Source: a bacterium
Lineage (GTDB): Bacteria; Patescibacteriota; Dojkabacteria; B142; OLB20
NCBI GenBank assembly: GCA_021463645.1
Contig: JAJTYI010000004.1
Coordinates: forward strand, 174,277-238,276
Length of the DNA: 64,000 nucleotides
Direction: 5' to 3'
Of this stretch, positions 55,689 through 63,915 are shown piece by piece (within the stretch, counting starts at the first letter, position 1; every line of letters starts with the position of its first letter). The notes under the pieces are model-generated. The model was not told where the DNA came from, searched no databases, and was given only the letters and a program-made list of their open reading frames with translations. The position numbers were made by a program, and so were the translations under genes.

Positions 55689-56414
55689 ATGTTTCAGATT
55701 AAAACATCAACCAAACCTGCTTTTAATTCTGCAAAGAGAAATATAGAACTACTTAGTTCCCAATTGTCACATAAAAATAATGTAACATGGCTTTTGGCAG
55801 GAGGTTCTGCAATAAATATCTACAGAGAAATGCTTGATTTAATAAAATTAGACTTGGATTTCTCCAGATTAAGTATTTCTTTGGGAGATGAAAGATATTC
55901 TAAAAATCCCGCTCACAAGGATGCAACTTGGCCAATATTTGAAAAGTTGGAACTATTTGTCGAATTAAAGAAACTTGGAGCGAATATATTTCAAATATTG
56001 TCTGGAAAATCTATAGAAAAAGATGCAGACAGATTTAATAACTTCCTTAAAGATCGACTCAGAGATAGTGATTTTATATTATGTAATCTTGGAGTTGGTA
56101 CCGATTCACACACAGCAGGAATTCTTCCGATGAATGACATGAAACTTTTTGAAGAAACTTACCCTGAGAATCGACTGGCAGTAGGACACAAACATGGTGG
56201 AGTACATCCCAAAAGAATTACTGTTACTCCCGGTTTTCTCAAGAAAGCAAACAAAATTACCGTTTTTATGATAGGTTCTGATAAAAAGCCCGTTCTAAAA
56301 GAGCTTCATAAATATAAAGAACTCGAAAAAACACAGAATATGATTTACAAACATCCAGCCCTTGTTACATCTCTAATGTCCGCCGAGGTATTCACGGATC
56401 AAAAGTTATCTTAG
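55689..56414 (+). CDS. pgl: 6-phosphogluconolactonase
   Basis: 241 aa. LLAGGSAINIY, SLGDERY and GVGTDSHTAGILP (NagB/6PGL family), in context with gnd and zwf. Confidence 0.85.
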   Translation: MFQIKTSTKPAFNSAKRNIELLSSQLSHKNNVTWLLAGGSAINIYREMLDLIKLDLDFSRLSISLGDERYSKNPAHKDATWPIFEKLELFVELKKLGANIFQILSGKSIEKDADRFNNFLKDRLRDSDFILCNLGVGTDSHTAGILPMNDMKLFEETYPENRLAVGHKHGGVHPKRITVTPGFLKKANKITVFMIGSDKKPVLKELHKYKELEKTQNMIYKHPALVTSLMSAEVFTDQKLS

Positions 56415-56434
56415 TTTTTAGCCTTTTATACGTC

Positions 56435-57355
56435 ATGAAAAAAGAAATTGGATTTATTGGTTTAGGTAGTATGGGTTTAAATATGGTTTACAAACTATTA
56501 GATGAAGACTATATAGTTCATGCTTGGAACAGAAGCGAGGGGGCAAGACTAGAAGCCGAGAAAGCTGGTGCAAAAGTTTACGAATCCATTGGAGAAATGG
56601 CAAAAGCATTAAAAGAAGATGAAAGACTCTTCTGGAGTATGGTAAGTGCAGGTCCAGCAGTTGATGAGGTGCTAACTGAATTGAAAAAATATGTTAGGAA
56701 AGGAGATTTAGTTGTTGAAGGTGCTAATTCATTTTACGAGGATAGCGTAAAACGTCATGATGAATTTGCTAGTCTTGGTGTTTATTATTTTGATGCCGGG
56801 GTTAGTGGCGGTTTGGGAGGTGCGAGGAATGGTGCCTGTATTATGATTGGTGGTGACAAGAAAATTTTCGATGAGCATCTTGAGCAAATAGTTAAGGATT
56901 TAGCGATTGAAGATGGTTATGGCTACTTCGGAGAAACGGGAGCTGGGCATTATGTCAAAATGGTACATAATGCTATTGAATATGCAATGATGCAGGCTAT
57001 GGGCGAAGGAATGAATCTAATTTCAAAATCGCAATACAAAGATGTTGATTTCGAGAAATTAACAGATGTCTGGAATCACGGGAGTATTATAGAAGGACGT
57101 TTGATGGGCTTTTTGAAAGATGCATTATCAAAGGATAATAATCTTGAGAAAACAGAAAGTGAAGTAGGTTCACTAGGAACTGGTGAATGGTCTGTCAGAG
57201 AAGCTTTGAAGAACGAAGTCCCATTTTCTGCAATCGCAGGAAGTGTTTTCGCGAGGTATAATTCTAGAGGAAATGACGACTTCTCTGCAAAAGTTGTCCA
57301 GGCATTACGAGTTGAGTTTGGAGGTCACAATTCACAAGAACGACCACAGAAATAA
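56435..57355 (+). CDS. gnd: 6-phosphogluconate dehydrogenase, short (~300 aa) decarboxylating form
   Basis: 306 aa. IGFIGLGSMGLNM, DAGVSGG and GAGHYVKMVHNAIEYAMMQAMGEG. Confidence 0.9.
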   Translation: MKKEIGFIGLGSMGLNMVYKLLDEDYIVHAWNRSEGARLEAEKAGAKVYESIGEMAKALKEDERLFWSMVSAGPAVDEVLTELKKYVRKGDLVVEGANSFYEDSVKRHDEFASLGVYYFDAGVSGGLGGARNGACIMIGGDKKIFDEHLEQIVKDLAIEDGYGYFGETGAGHYVKMVHNAIEYAMMQAMGEGMNLISKSQYKDVDFEKLTDVWNHGSIIEGRLMGFLKDALSKDNNLEKTESEVGSLGTGEWSVREALKNEVPFSAIAGSVFARYNSRGNDDFSAKVVQALRVEFGGHNSQERPQK

Positions 57356-57376
57356 ATATTTTTAACTAAAAACATA

Positions 57377-58777
57377 ATGATTTTAACAATTTTTGGTGCT
57401 ACAGGAGATCTTGCAAGAAGGATGTTATTTCCGTCACTCTATCATCTTCATAAACAAGGCCGACTTCCTAATGACCTGGAAATAGTCGGATTTGCTAGGC
57501 GTGAACTATCCAATGAACAATTTTGTGAGTATCTATCAGATGAATTCAAAAACTTATATGGAAATGTTTTCAATTTAGAAAGTTGGCAAAAATTTTGTGA
57601 AAAAATCACCTATTTTCAAGGCGACTTAGCGAGTGAAGCTGACTTCCAAAGACTTGGGAAAAAATTAGCAGAAGCGGATACAGATCTTCAGTCATGTACC
57701 GATAAGATCTTCTATTTAGCAATCAGTCCGGATTTATATCCGCAAACATTTTCAGGAATCAGAAAATCACAACTTGAAAGCATCTGTGAACACACAAAAC
57801 ACGTTCGAGTTGTAGTTGAAAAACCATTTGGAAAAAACTTAAAATCTTATTATGAATTGAATAATAACTTAATAGATATTTTCGATGAGGAACAGATCTA
57901 TCGTATTGATCATTATTTAGGAAAAGAAACCGTAAAGAACATTTTGAATTTTAGAGCTGCAAATCCATTATTTTTTAACGACTGGAACAAAAACACGATA
58001 GATCGAATAGATGTGAAAGTGATGGAATCCCTAGGAGTTGGAACTCGAGCAGAATATTATGACGAGTATGGACAAATGAGGGATTTGGTTCAAAGTCATG
58101 GCTTGCAGTTATTATCTCTTGTGATGTCAGAATTACCTGACGAACTCACAGCAGACAAAATACGTAACTCGAAAACTGAGATCCTGCAGAGTTTGTATGT
58201 GGAGAGTATGGAAAACGATGTTGTTCGGGGACAGTATGGCAGTGGAATTATAGATGGCTACCCAGTTAAATCTTACAAGGAAGAGCATGAGAAGTTGGTA
58301 GAGTCAAATACCGAGACTTATGTACATATAAAAGCACATTCAAGGCTTGAAACCTGGGAGGGTGTTGAGATTAATTTGATTAGTGGCAAAAGAATGCAAA
58401 GTAAAGAGACTTCTATTACATTACATTTTAAGAGCCAAGAGCGAGTAAAAGGCATCCCTTCGAAAAATAAACTAATATTCCAACTTCAACCAAGTGAGGG
58501 TATTACACTTGACTTACAGGTGAAAAAACCGGGTTTAAATGAGCTCGAGGTTGTCCCAATGGTTTTCAAATATCAAGACAATTTTAGAGTACTACTTCCA
58601 GATGCTTATGAATCTCTGCTTTTAGATATATTTAAAGGCAATAAATCGAGTTTTATTAGTAATGAAGAATTAGAAGCATCATGGAAATTTATTGATCCAA
58701 TATTAGAGCTATGGAATACTGAAAATTCTCGACCGGTGATTTATCCTGCGGGAAGTAAGTATTTGCAGATTAATTAA
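57377..58777 (+). CDS. zwf: Glucose-6-phosphate 1-dehydrogenase
   Basis: 466 aa. IFGATGDLARR, EKPFG and RIDHYLGKE motifs. Confidence 0.95.
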   Translation: MILTIFGATGDLARRMLFPSLYHLHKQGRLPNDLEIVGFARRELSNEQFCEYLSDEFKNLYGNVFNLESWQKFCEKITYFQGDLASEADFQRLGKKLAEADTDLQSCTDKIFYLAISPDLYPQTFSGIRKSQLESICEHTKHVRVVVEKPFGKNLKSYYELNNNLIDIFDEEQIYRIDHYLGKETVKNILNFRAANPLFFNDWNKNTIDRIDVKVMESLGVGTRAEYYDEYGQMRDLVQSHGLQLLSLVMSELPDELTADKIRNSKTEILQSLYVESMENDVVRGQYGSGIIDGYPVKSYKEEHEKLVESNTETYVHIKAHSRLETWEGVEINLISGKRMQSKETSITLHFKSQERVKGIPSKNKLIFQLQPSEGITLDLQVKKPGLNELEVVPMVFKYQDNFRVLLPDAYESLLLDIFKGNKSSFISNEELEASWKFIDPILELWNTENSRPVIYPAGSKYLQIN

Positions 58778-59180
58778 ATTGGAATTCTTTAAAATAGGAT
58801 TCCAACATATTCTCGAGATCAGGGAAATCTTTGTACCACATAAACTGAAATCTATCATAGTCAATCCCTCGTAGCATTCTAGATACAATTTGACCTTCTA
58901 ACGCTATCGCAAGTACTGGTTTCCCGACGTGTACTGCATGCATAACTTCCATACCTACTCCATGAGAAGGATAACTAACTTCCGCAATAACTATATCTGC
59001 TGATTCGACTGCTTTGATATCCATATTGTAAAGAGTTCGCATATCATCGACTGGGCCTGTACCGAACCACGGAATGATTTCTGCATATTTCGGTAGAACC
59101 TCTTTATTAATTTTAATTAAGTGGGGATTCTCACTCTCCATAATTAAATTTACGGCGTAATAGACTTTAGGTTTCTTCAT
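58770..59180 (-). CDS. NDT-fold protein, DNPH1/Rcl/MilB-like putative (deoxy)nucleotide N-glycosidase
   Basis: 136 aa. ADIVIAEVSYPSHGVGMEVMHAVHVGKPVLAI matches the DNPH1-type catalytic-Glu block. Last gene of the ThyA-like operon. Confidence 0.72.
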   Translation of the reverse strand: MKKPKVYYAVNLIMESENPHLIKINKEVLPKYAEIIPWFGTGPVDDMRTLYNMDIKAVESADIVIAEVSYPSHGVGMEVMHAVHVGKPVLAIALEGQIVSRMLRGIDYDRFQFMWYKDFPDLENMLESYFKEFQFN

Positions 59181-59697
59181 TTTTAATTAATTGATAAAAA
59201 AATTCAAAATCCCCATTTTTACATGTGGGGAGTGCTCGATTGAAGTATTTCTCTGAATCTTCAAGCAGATAGATATTATTGATTCCTGCTTTTAACATTT
59301 TTTCTGAACATGGTTTGCAACACCACCACTCTCCAAATAAATAGGCATCTGCTCCTTTGATATCTATTCCCTTTTCTGTGGCGAGATTAATTGCTTTTGG
59401 TTCTGCATGGTTTTCATAATCACAACCTGGACACAAATGATAGTCTTGCCCAGATGGAGTGCCTAATTTCACTCTTTCACAGCCATTTTTTATATGATAG
59501 TCTGATCCATCTGCAGCTTTTACTAGTACTTTTCCATTTCTGACAAAAACAACTCCTACTGGTGACTTAGGTTCATAGCCAGTGTCATATGCATCTGTCT
59601 TAGCGATATCCATCGCAACTTGCATAAACTTGTTAGTAATTGGAACATACTGATATGGTTTGCCTGGTATTTCGTAGGGATAATTGATTTTTTTCAT
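59167..59697 (-). CDS. CDA-fold zinc deaminase (dCMP deaminase/ComEB-like)
   Basis: 176 aa. NHAEPKAI (HAE) and WWCCKPCSEKM (PCxxC), plus an extra Cys/His cluster (CERV..HLCPGC) suggesting a second zinc site. Confidence 0.8.
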   Translation of the reverse strand: MKKINYPYEIPGKPYQYVPITNKFMQVAMDIAKTDAYDTGYEPKSPVGVVFVRNGKVLVKAADGSDYHIKNGCERVKLGTPSGQDYHLCPGCDYENHAEPKAINLATEKGIDIKGADAYLFGEWWCCKPCSEKMLKAGINNIYLLEDSEKYFNRALPTCKNGDFEFFYQLIKNEET

Positions 59698-59698
59698 A

Positions 59699-59935
59699 TT
59701 AGTTTTCTGATGGGGTAGTATCTAGTGGCTCCTTATGGTAACCGCCTGTAACAGCAGTTCCATCAGTTCCTACGCGACCATCCATTGTTTCCAATCTATT
59801 ATCATCACCATCGTTTGGTGTTAAACCAAATTTTTCTGCTGCATGTCTTCTATCCCCTTCATTATGGTTGTAATTCCTTACGAAAAAAGTTTTAACTAAC
59901 ATAATTAATTTCTTAATATCTAAATTCCTAAACAT
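59699..59935 (-). CDS. Small acidic Gly/Asp-rich hypothetical protein (paralogue of the next ORF)
   Basis: 78 aa with AEKFGLTPND core. The true start may be the ATG at 59902. Confidence 0.5.
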   Translation of the reverse strand: MFRNLDIKKLIMLVKTFFVRNYNHNEGDRRHAAEKFGLTPNDGDDNRLETMDGRVGTDGTAVTGGYHKEPLDTTPSEN

Positions 59936-60208
59936 CTTAATTTTTTGAGTGTCTTATTGGTTCTTCATCTATATCTCCAGACTGAAAAACCCCATCGTGT
60001 CCAGCATACTTTCCTTCATCATGAGGACCAATTTCATATTCGTAGTTTTCTTTTTCATTGGGTGGTTCGCCGAAGTGTTTTCCTGCGTCTGGGGGTTCTG
60101 TTCCATCAGCAGACCACCAATCCTGTCTGCCCTCAATATCATTGTAAAATCTAAATTGTGCTCTTATCAAAATTGTTTAATATCTAAATTTCTAAATATC
60201 TAAATTCC
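59915..60208 (-). promoter_or_regulatory. Three copies of the 14-nt motif AATATCTAAATT(C/T)C (59915-59928, 60179-60192, 60195-60208)
   Basis: Read on the minus strand as G(G/A)AATTTAGATATT. The copies lie 8-12 nt upstream of the likely starts of both small ORFs. Confidence 0.35.
59937..60170 (-). CDS. Small acidic Gly/Asp/Pro-rich hypothetical protein
   Basis: 77 aa with AGKHFGEPPNE core. TTG start; no in-frame ATG near the 5' end. Confidence 0.5.
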   Translation of the reverse strand: MIRAQFRFYNDIEGRQDWWSADGTEPPDAGKHFGEPPNEKENYEYEIGPHDEGKYAGHDGVFQSGDIDEEPIRHSKN

Positions 60209-61033
60209 CTAATGAGCTCGTATCCCCTTAATCGCTTTCAATGGTTTGTATTGTGATTTCAAATCTTCCACAATTTCGTCAATGAGTGTAACATCTCCAG
60301 ATTCTGCTCTTTTCAGGGAATTCTTTGGCAAATGAAGTTGAATTTCGGAATGATCTGATGTTCTTTTAATTAATTCTTCGGCGGCTTCGTATTGGTCGGA
60401 GTAGAAATGTGCATTGCTAATGCTATGTGAATACATCCCAACTCGAACTTTTAGTTCTTGTGCAATTATATGTTGAAGTAATGCAAATCCTGCAACGTCA
60501 TGGGGAAGTCCTAGAAACACATCATTTGAGCGGATGATATTATGCATGCATAGTTTTCCACCGATAATGTTGAGAGTGAAAGCAAATAAACAAGGAACAT
60601 TTTTTCGTGGTTTACCAGTCAGTCCATCAGAGGTCGGATCCCATGCTATTACTACACCATGTCTGGAAGTAGGTTTCTCTTTTAGATGTTTAATTAACTC
60701 GGAAAGCTGATCTCTCCCAAAATGTTTCCTCCATCTATAGCCATACGAAGTCACTTTTCCATCTTCCTCTATGAAATCATCCCAGATTTTGGTGTATGGT
60801 CGTAACCATTCTGGGTCATTTTCGCCAAGCAAAAACCATAACTGCTCAGCCACGAATATTTTTAAGGGTAGTTTGCGAAGAGTGAGTAGGGGAAAACCTT
60901 TAGATAAATCAATGTTGAAGTGAGCTCCTGGAATAGCTTTACAAACGTATCCTGAACGAGAATTCTTGTCTTCGATACCTTCCTCTAGGATTTGTTTTAC
61001 AAGTTTTTGGTAGGTCTTGTCGAAATTGGTCAT
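60209..61033 (-). CDS. Thymidylate synthase (ThyA) family protein, atypical: Asp at the Asn177-equivalent position (possible cytosine-nucleotide methylase/hydroxymethylase)
   Basis: 274 aa. Aligns by eye along E. coli ThyA: NSRSG (R21), IWDD, YGYRWR, SRHGVVIAWD, VPC148LFAF, IIRSND, LGLPHD179, NAHFY. Confidence 0.85.
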   Translation of the reverse strand: MTNFDKTYQKLVKQILEEGIEDKNSRSGYVCKAIPGAHFNIDLSKGFPLLTLRKLPLKIFVAEQLWFLLGENDPEWLRPYTKIWDDFIEEDGKVTSYGYRWRKHFGRDQLSELIKHLKEKPTSRHGVVIAWDPTSDGLTGKPRKNVPCLFAFTLNIIGGKLCMHNIIRSNDVFLGLPHDVAGFALLQHIIAQELKVRVGMYSHSISNAHFYSDQYEAAEELIKRTSDHSEIQLHLPKNSLKRAESGDVTLIDEIVEDLKSQYKPLKAIKGIRAH

Positions 61034-61210
61034 ATGAAACTTGGGCTAAATCTATGTTAATTTAACAGATTGAGTATATTAAAGGCAATATTTCAGATAG
61101 TAGGCTCCTCAAAAGAGTTGTTTGGCAATACATCTTAAACAGATTACATTCTTAATTATTTATACTTGAGTAGAATTTAGGATCATTTAATAAAGCCTCC
61201 TTTTTATTAA

Positions 61211-61218
61211 TGTATAAT
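61211..61218 (+). promoter_or_regulatory. Candidate -10 element (TGTATAAT) for the helicase gene
   Basis: Perfect TATAAT at 61213-61218, 43 nt upstream of the ATG at 61262. Confidence 0.35.
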
Positions 61219-61261
61219 CAAATTTACCTAAGCATTTATTGGGAAAAGATAAATAATTATT

Positions 61262-62548
61262 ATGACTAAACGAATAGAAATAAACCCACAATTCAAGAAA
61301 GCATTTAATACCCTAGAAAAGACAAATACAAACCTGCTTATTACTGGGAAAGCAGGGACGGGAAAATCAACTTTTTTGGACTATTTCGTCAACCATACCA
61401 AAAAAGCCTGTGTGGTATTAGCACCAACTGGTGTTGCAGCCTTGAATGTAAATGGAGAGACAATTCATTCATTTTTTCATTTTCATCCGCATATTACAAA
61501 AACGGAGGTAATTGCTAGGGCTAAGAGGGTTAAGAAAGACTCGATTTATAATAAGATTGAATTAATGATAATTGATGAGATTTCGATGGTGCGTGCTGAT
61601 TTGTTCGACTACATAGATGTTTTCCTCAGAACTGCTCGTAAGAACAAGTTGCCATTTGGTGGAGTGCAGCTTTGCCTTGTAGGTGACTTATTCCAACTCC
61701 CGCCGATTGTAATGGAGAACGAAAAGTCGTTCTTTAAAGACAATTACAACAGTCATTATTTCTTCGGAACAGAAGTATTCCGAGATATGTTCTTTAATCT
61801 TCGTTGTCTTGAACTTGATACTGTTTATCGTCAGTCGGACACGCAATTCATAAATGTTCTTAATGCTATCAGAGAAAATAAATTATCCGAAGAACATTAT
61901 GAATTTTTGAATGATCGAGTAAACGATGTAGAAAATGATGAGGATTATGTGACAATAGTAGCTACTAATAGGTCGGCTGATAAAATTAATTCAGATAACT
62001 TGAACAAACTGGACACGAAATCTAAGAAATATGTCGGAAACGTGAAAGGTAGATTGTCTGAAGGTGTTTATCCAACTGAATTAGAGCTAACTCTGAAAGT
62101 TGGCGCAAAAGTGATGTTTTTAAATAACGATAGTAATGGACGATGGGTCAATGGAACTGTAGGTGAAATTACAGAATTACTCGATGATAAAATAGTCGTG
62201 GGAACAGATTCAGGACAATCTTATGAAGTGGAACCTCACGAGTGGGAAGTGAATAAATACGTGTATGATGAAGACAGCAAATCTCTAGAACAGGAACTTG
62301 TCGGATCATTCAAGCAATTTCCCCTTCGTTTATCATGGGCAATTACTGTTCACAAAAGCCAGGGAAAGACTTTTGACAATGTAATTATTGATATGGGTTG
62401 GGGTACTTTTGTTTCAGGACAATTATACGTGGCACTAAGCAGATGCAGGACTAGCGAAGGGCTTGTAATAAAAAGAAGGTCGAGGCTTAATGTTATCGAA
62501 ACAGATATCGTAGTAACTCAGTTCCTCGAAGGTATCGAACGTATATAG
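61262..62548 (+). CDS. PIF1/RecD-like superfamily 1 DNA helicase
   Basis: 428 aa. Walker A GKAGTGKST, LAPTGVAALNVNGETIHSFF, Walker B IIDEISMV, VGDLFQLPP and ITVHKSQGKTF. Confidence 0.9.
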   Translation: MTKRIEINPQFKKAFNTLEKTNTNLLITGKAGTGKSTFLDYFVNHTKKACVVLAPTGVAALNVNGETIHSFFHFHPHITKTEVIARAKRVKKDSIYNKIELMIIDEISMVRADLFDYIDVFLRTARKNKLPFGGVQLCLVGDLFQLPPIVMENEKSFFKDNYNSHYFFGTEVFRDMFFNLRCLELDTVYRQSDTQFINVLNAIRENKLSEEHYEFLNDRVNDVENDEDYVTIVATNRSADKINSDNLNKLDTKSKKYVGNVKGRLSEGVYPTELELTLKVGAKVMFLNNDSNGRWVNGTVGEITELLDDKIVVGTDSGQSYEVEPHEWEVNKYVYDEDSKSLEQELVGSFKQFPLRLSWAITVHKSQGKTFDNVIIDMGWGTFVSGQLYVALSRCRTSEGLVIKRRSRLNVIETDIVVTQFLEGIERI

Positions 62549-62580
62549 TTAAAATTGAAAAATTCCAATTATATGATTTC

Positions 62581-62735
62581 GGGTTGATTCAAAAGAGAAA
62601 TTTGGGTAGACTGATTAGTTTTTTAGGGTCAGTTAGTTCTGCTAGTAGGAGAACTCTTTCCAATTGAAATGTTTTACAATGAAGTTTTAGATCCTCAAGA
62701 GTCCTTTGACTCGCCGCATACATTCCTAGGTTTGG
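62581..62735 (+). repeat. Copy A of a 155-bp direct repeat (promoter-like block, leader, and first ~30 codons of a small ORF)
   Basis: The first 51 nt are identical to 63297-63347 and the remainder is about 80-85% identical by eye. Contains TTGATT-17 nt-TAGACT (62584-62612). The in-frame ORF stops after ...FLGLAT. Confidence 0.85.
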
Positions 62736-62821
62736 CAACCTAGTTAAGAATCAATAGTATAAATGCCTGTGAGATTTCAGTTCTTAGTGTATAATTGTGC
62801 TAATTTTTAAAGGCCAAATTA

Positions 62822-63115
62822 ATGAGCGATTTAGAAAATGGAGAAAATTCCATGTGTCCGAGTGCAGAGAGTGGTATACATCAGCCATGGGAACGAGTAA
62901 CTGTAGACAAGGATTTTGAGTTGAGGGTCCTTGAGGACAAGAGAACTGCAAGACATGTGAGGTGGATAACAAAGGAAATTATTTGTGAACATTGTGGTCT
63001 ACTACTAAGTACCGGTCATTATACAGAGGTTACTACCTTCAGATTGAAAAATTATGGTATAAGGAAGCAAATAAAGTACGAATTGTCTGCTGGTAACTTT
63101 GATTTATCGCAATAA
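62822..63115 (+). CDS. Hypothetical protein (97 aa) located between the two 155-bp repeats
   Basis: ORF only. Contains a CEHC pair; no recognisable family. Confidence 0.4.
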   Translation: MSDLENGENSMCPSAESGIHQPWERVTVDKDFELRVLEDKRTARHVRWITKEIICEHCGLLLSTGHYTEVTTFRLKNYGIRKQIKYELSAGNFDLSQ

Positions 63116-63296
63116 TTCTATATTTAAAATTTTTGACTAAAATAAGCGAAGTTAATAACGTAGCACCCTTCAAATAAATATTTATTGCAAGGCACCATCA
63201 GACATAGATATCTTAGGCTTTTCACTCATGTGTACTTTTTATATTTAACTATTCTTTTAAATATATTTTTCTATTAATACAGATAACATTGTTTTA

Positions 63297-63451
63297 GGGT
63301 TGATTCAAAAGAGAAATTTGGGTAGACTGATTAGTTTTTTAGGGTCAATTCGTTTTGTTAGTAGGAGAACTCTTTCCAACCGAAATGTTTTATGATGAGG
63401 GTTTAGTCACTCAAGAGTCGTTTGACTCACCGCATACATTCCTGGGTTTGG
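63297..63451 (+). repeat. Copy B of the 155-bp direct repeat
   Basis: See 62581-62735. Promoter-like TTGATT-17 nt-TAGACT at 63300-63328. Here the ORF continues to 63630. Confidence 0.85.
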
Positions 63452-63630
63452 TAGGGCAGTTGTTAAATCAGCATCCTTGGGAGCACAGTTTTAGTGGTGG
63501 TGGACAAGGGAACGGTAAGAAACCCCCTACAAAGATTAGAGGTACACAAGACCGTGCTAGAAGGGAAAAACATATTGTTCCACAAAAACCAGTTCCAACT
63601 ACCGTCCCAACTCCGAAAAAAGGAAAATAG
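63355..63630 (+). CDS. Hypothetical small protein with basic Pro/Lys-rich C-terminus
   Basis: 91 aa from TTG, or 81 aa from the ATG at 63385 (AGGAG lies upstream). The N-terminus is shared with the truncated copy A. Confidence 0.45.
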   Translation: MLVGELFPTEMFYDEGLVTQESFDSPHTFLGLVGQLLNQHPWEHSFSGGGQGNGKKPPTKIRGTQDRARREKHIVPQKPVPTTVPTPKKGK

Positions 63631-63643
63631 AAACTTGCAAATC

Positions 63644-63901
63644 TTATCCAGCGCGCCCGGTAAAGAGTTGGTTAATGCCTCCTCTATTTATCTCTTCATC
63701 ATATTGTGTGGATGTTATTAGGTGGTCTGTGCCTATTGCAGCAGCAGCTTCCGCAGGAGAAAATCCTTCTCTAATCATATCTTGGTATGCCTCTATTAAC
63801 AGATCTTGGTATGATTGTTCACCATCTCCATCACCTCTGGTGTGAAATACTTCTGACATGTTGAGTTTAATTAATATGAAATTTCTGAACCTTGAATTCA
63901 A
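63644..63901 (-). CDS. Hypothetical small acidic protein
   Basis: 85-aa ORF. A likelier start is the internal ATG at 63859 (MSEVFHTRGDGDGE...). Confidence 0.4.
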   Translation of the reverse strand: MNSRFRNFILIKLNMSEVFHTRGDGDGEQSYQDLLIEAYQDMIREGFSPAEAAAAIGTDHLITSTQYDEEINRGGINQLFTGRAG

Positions 63902-63915
63902 TAATTTCTTAACAC

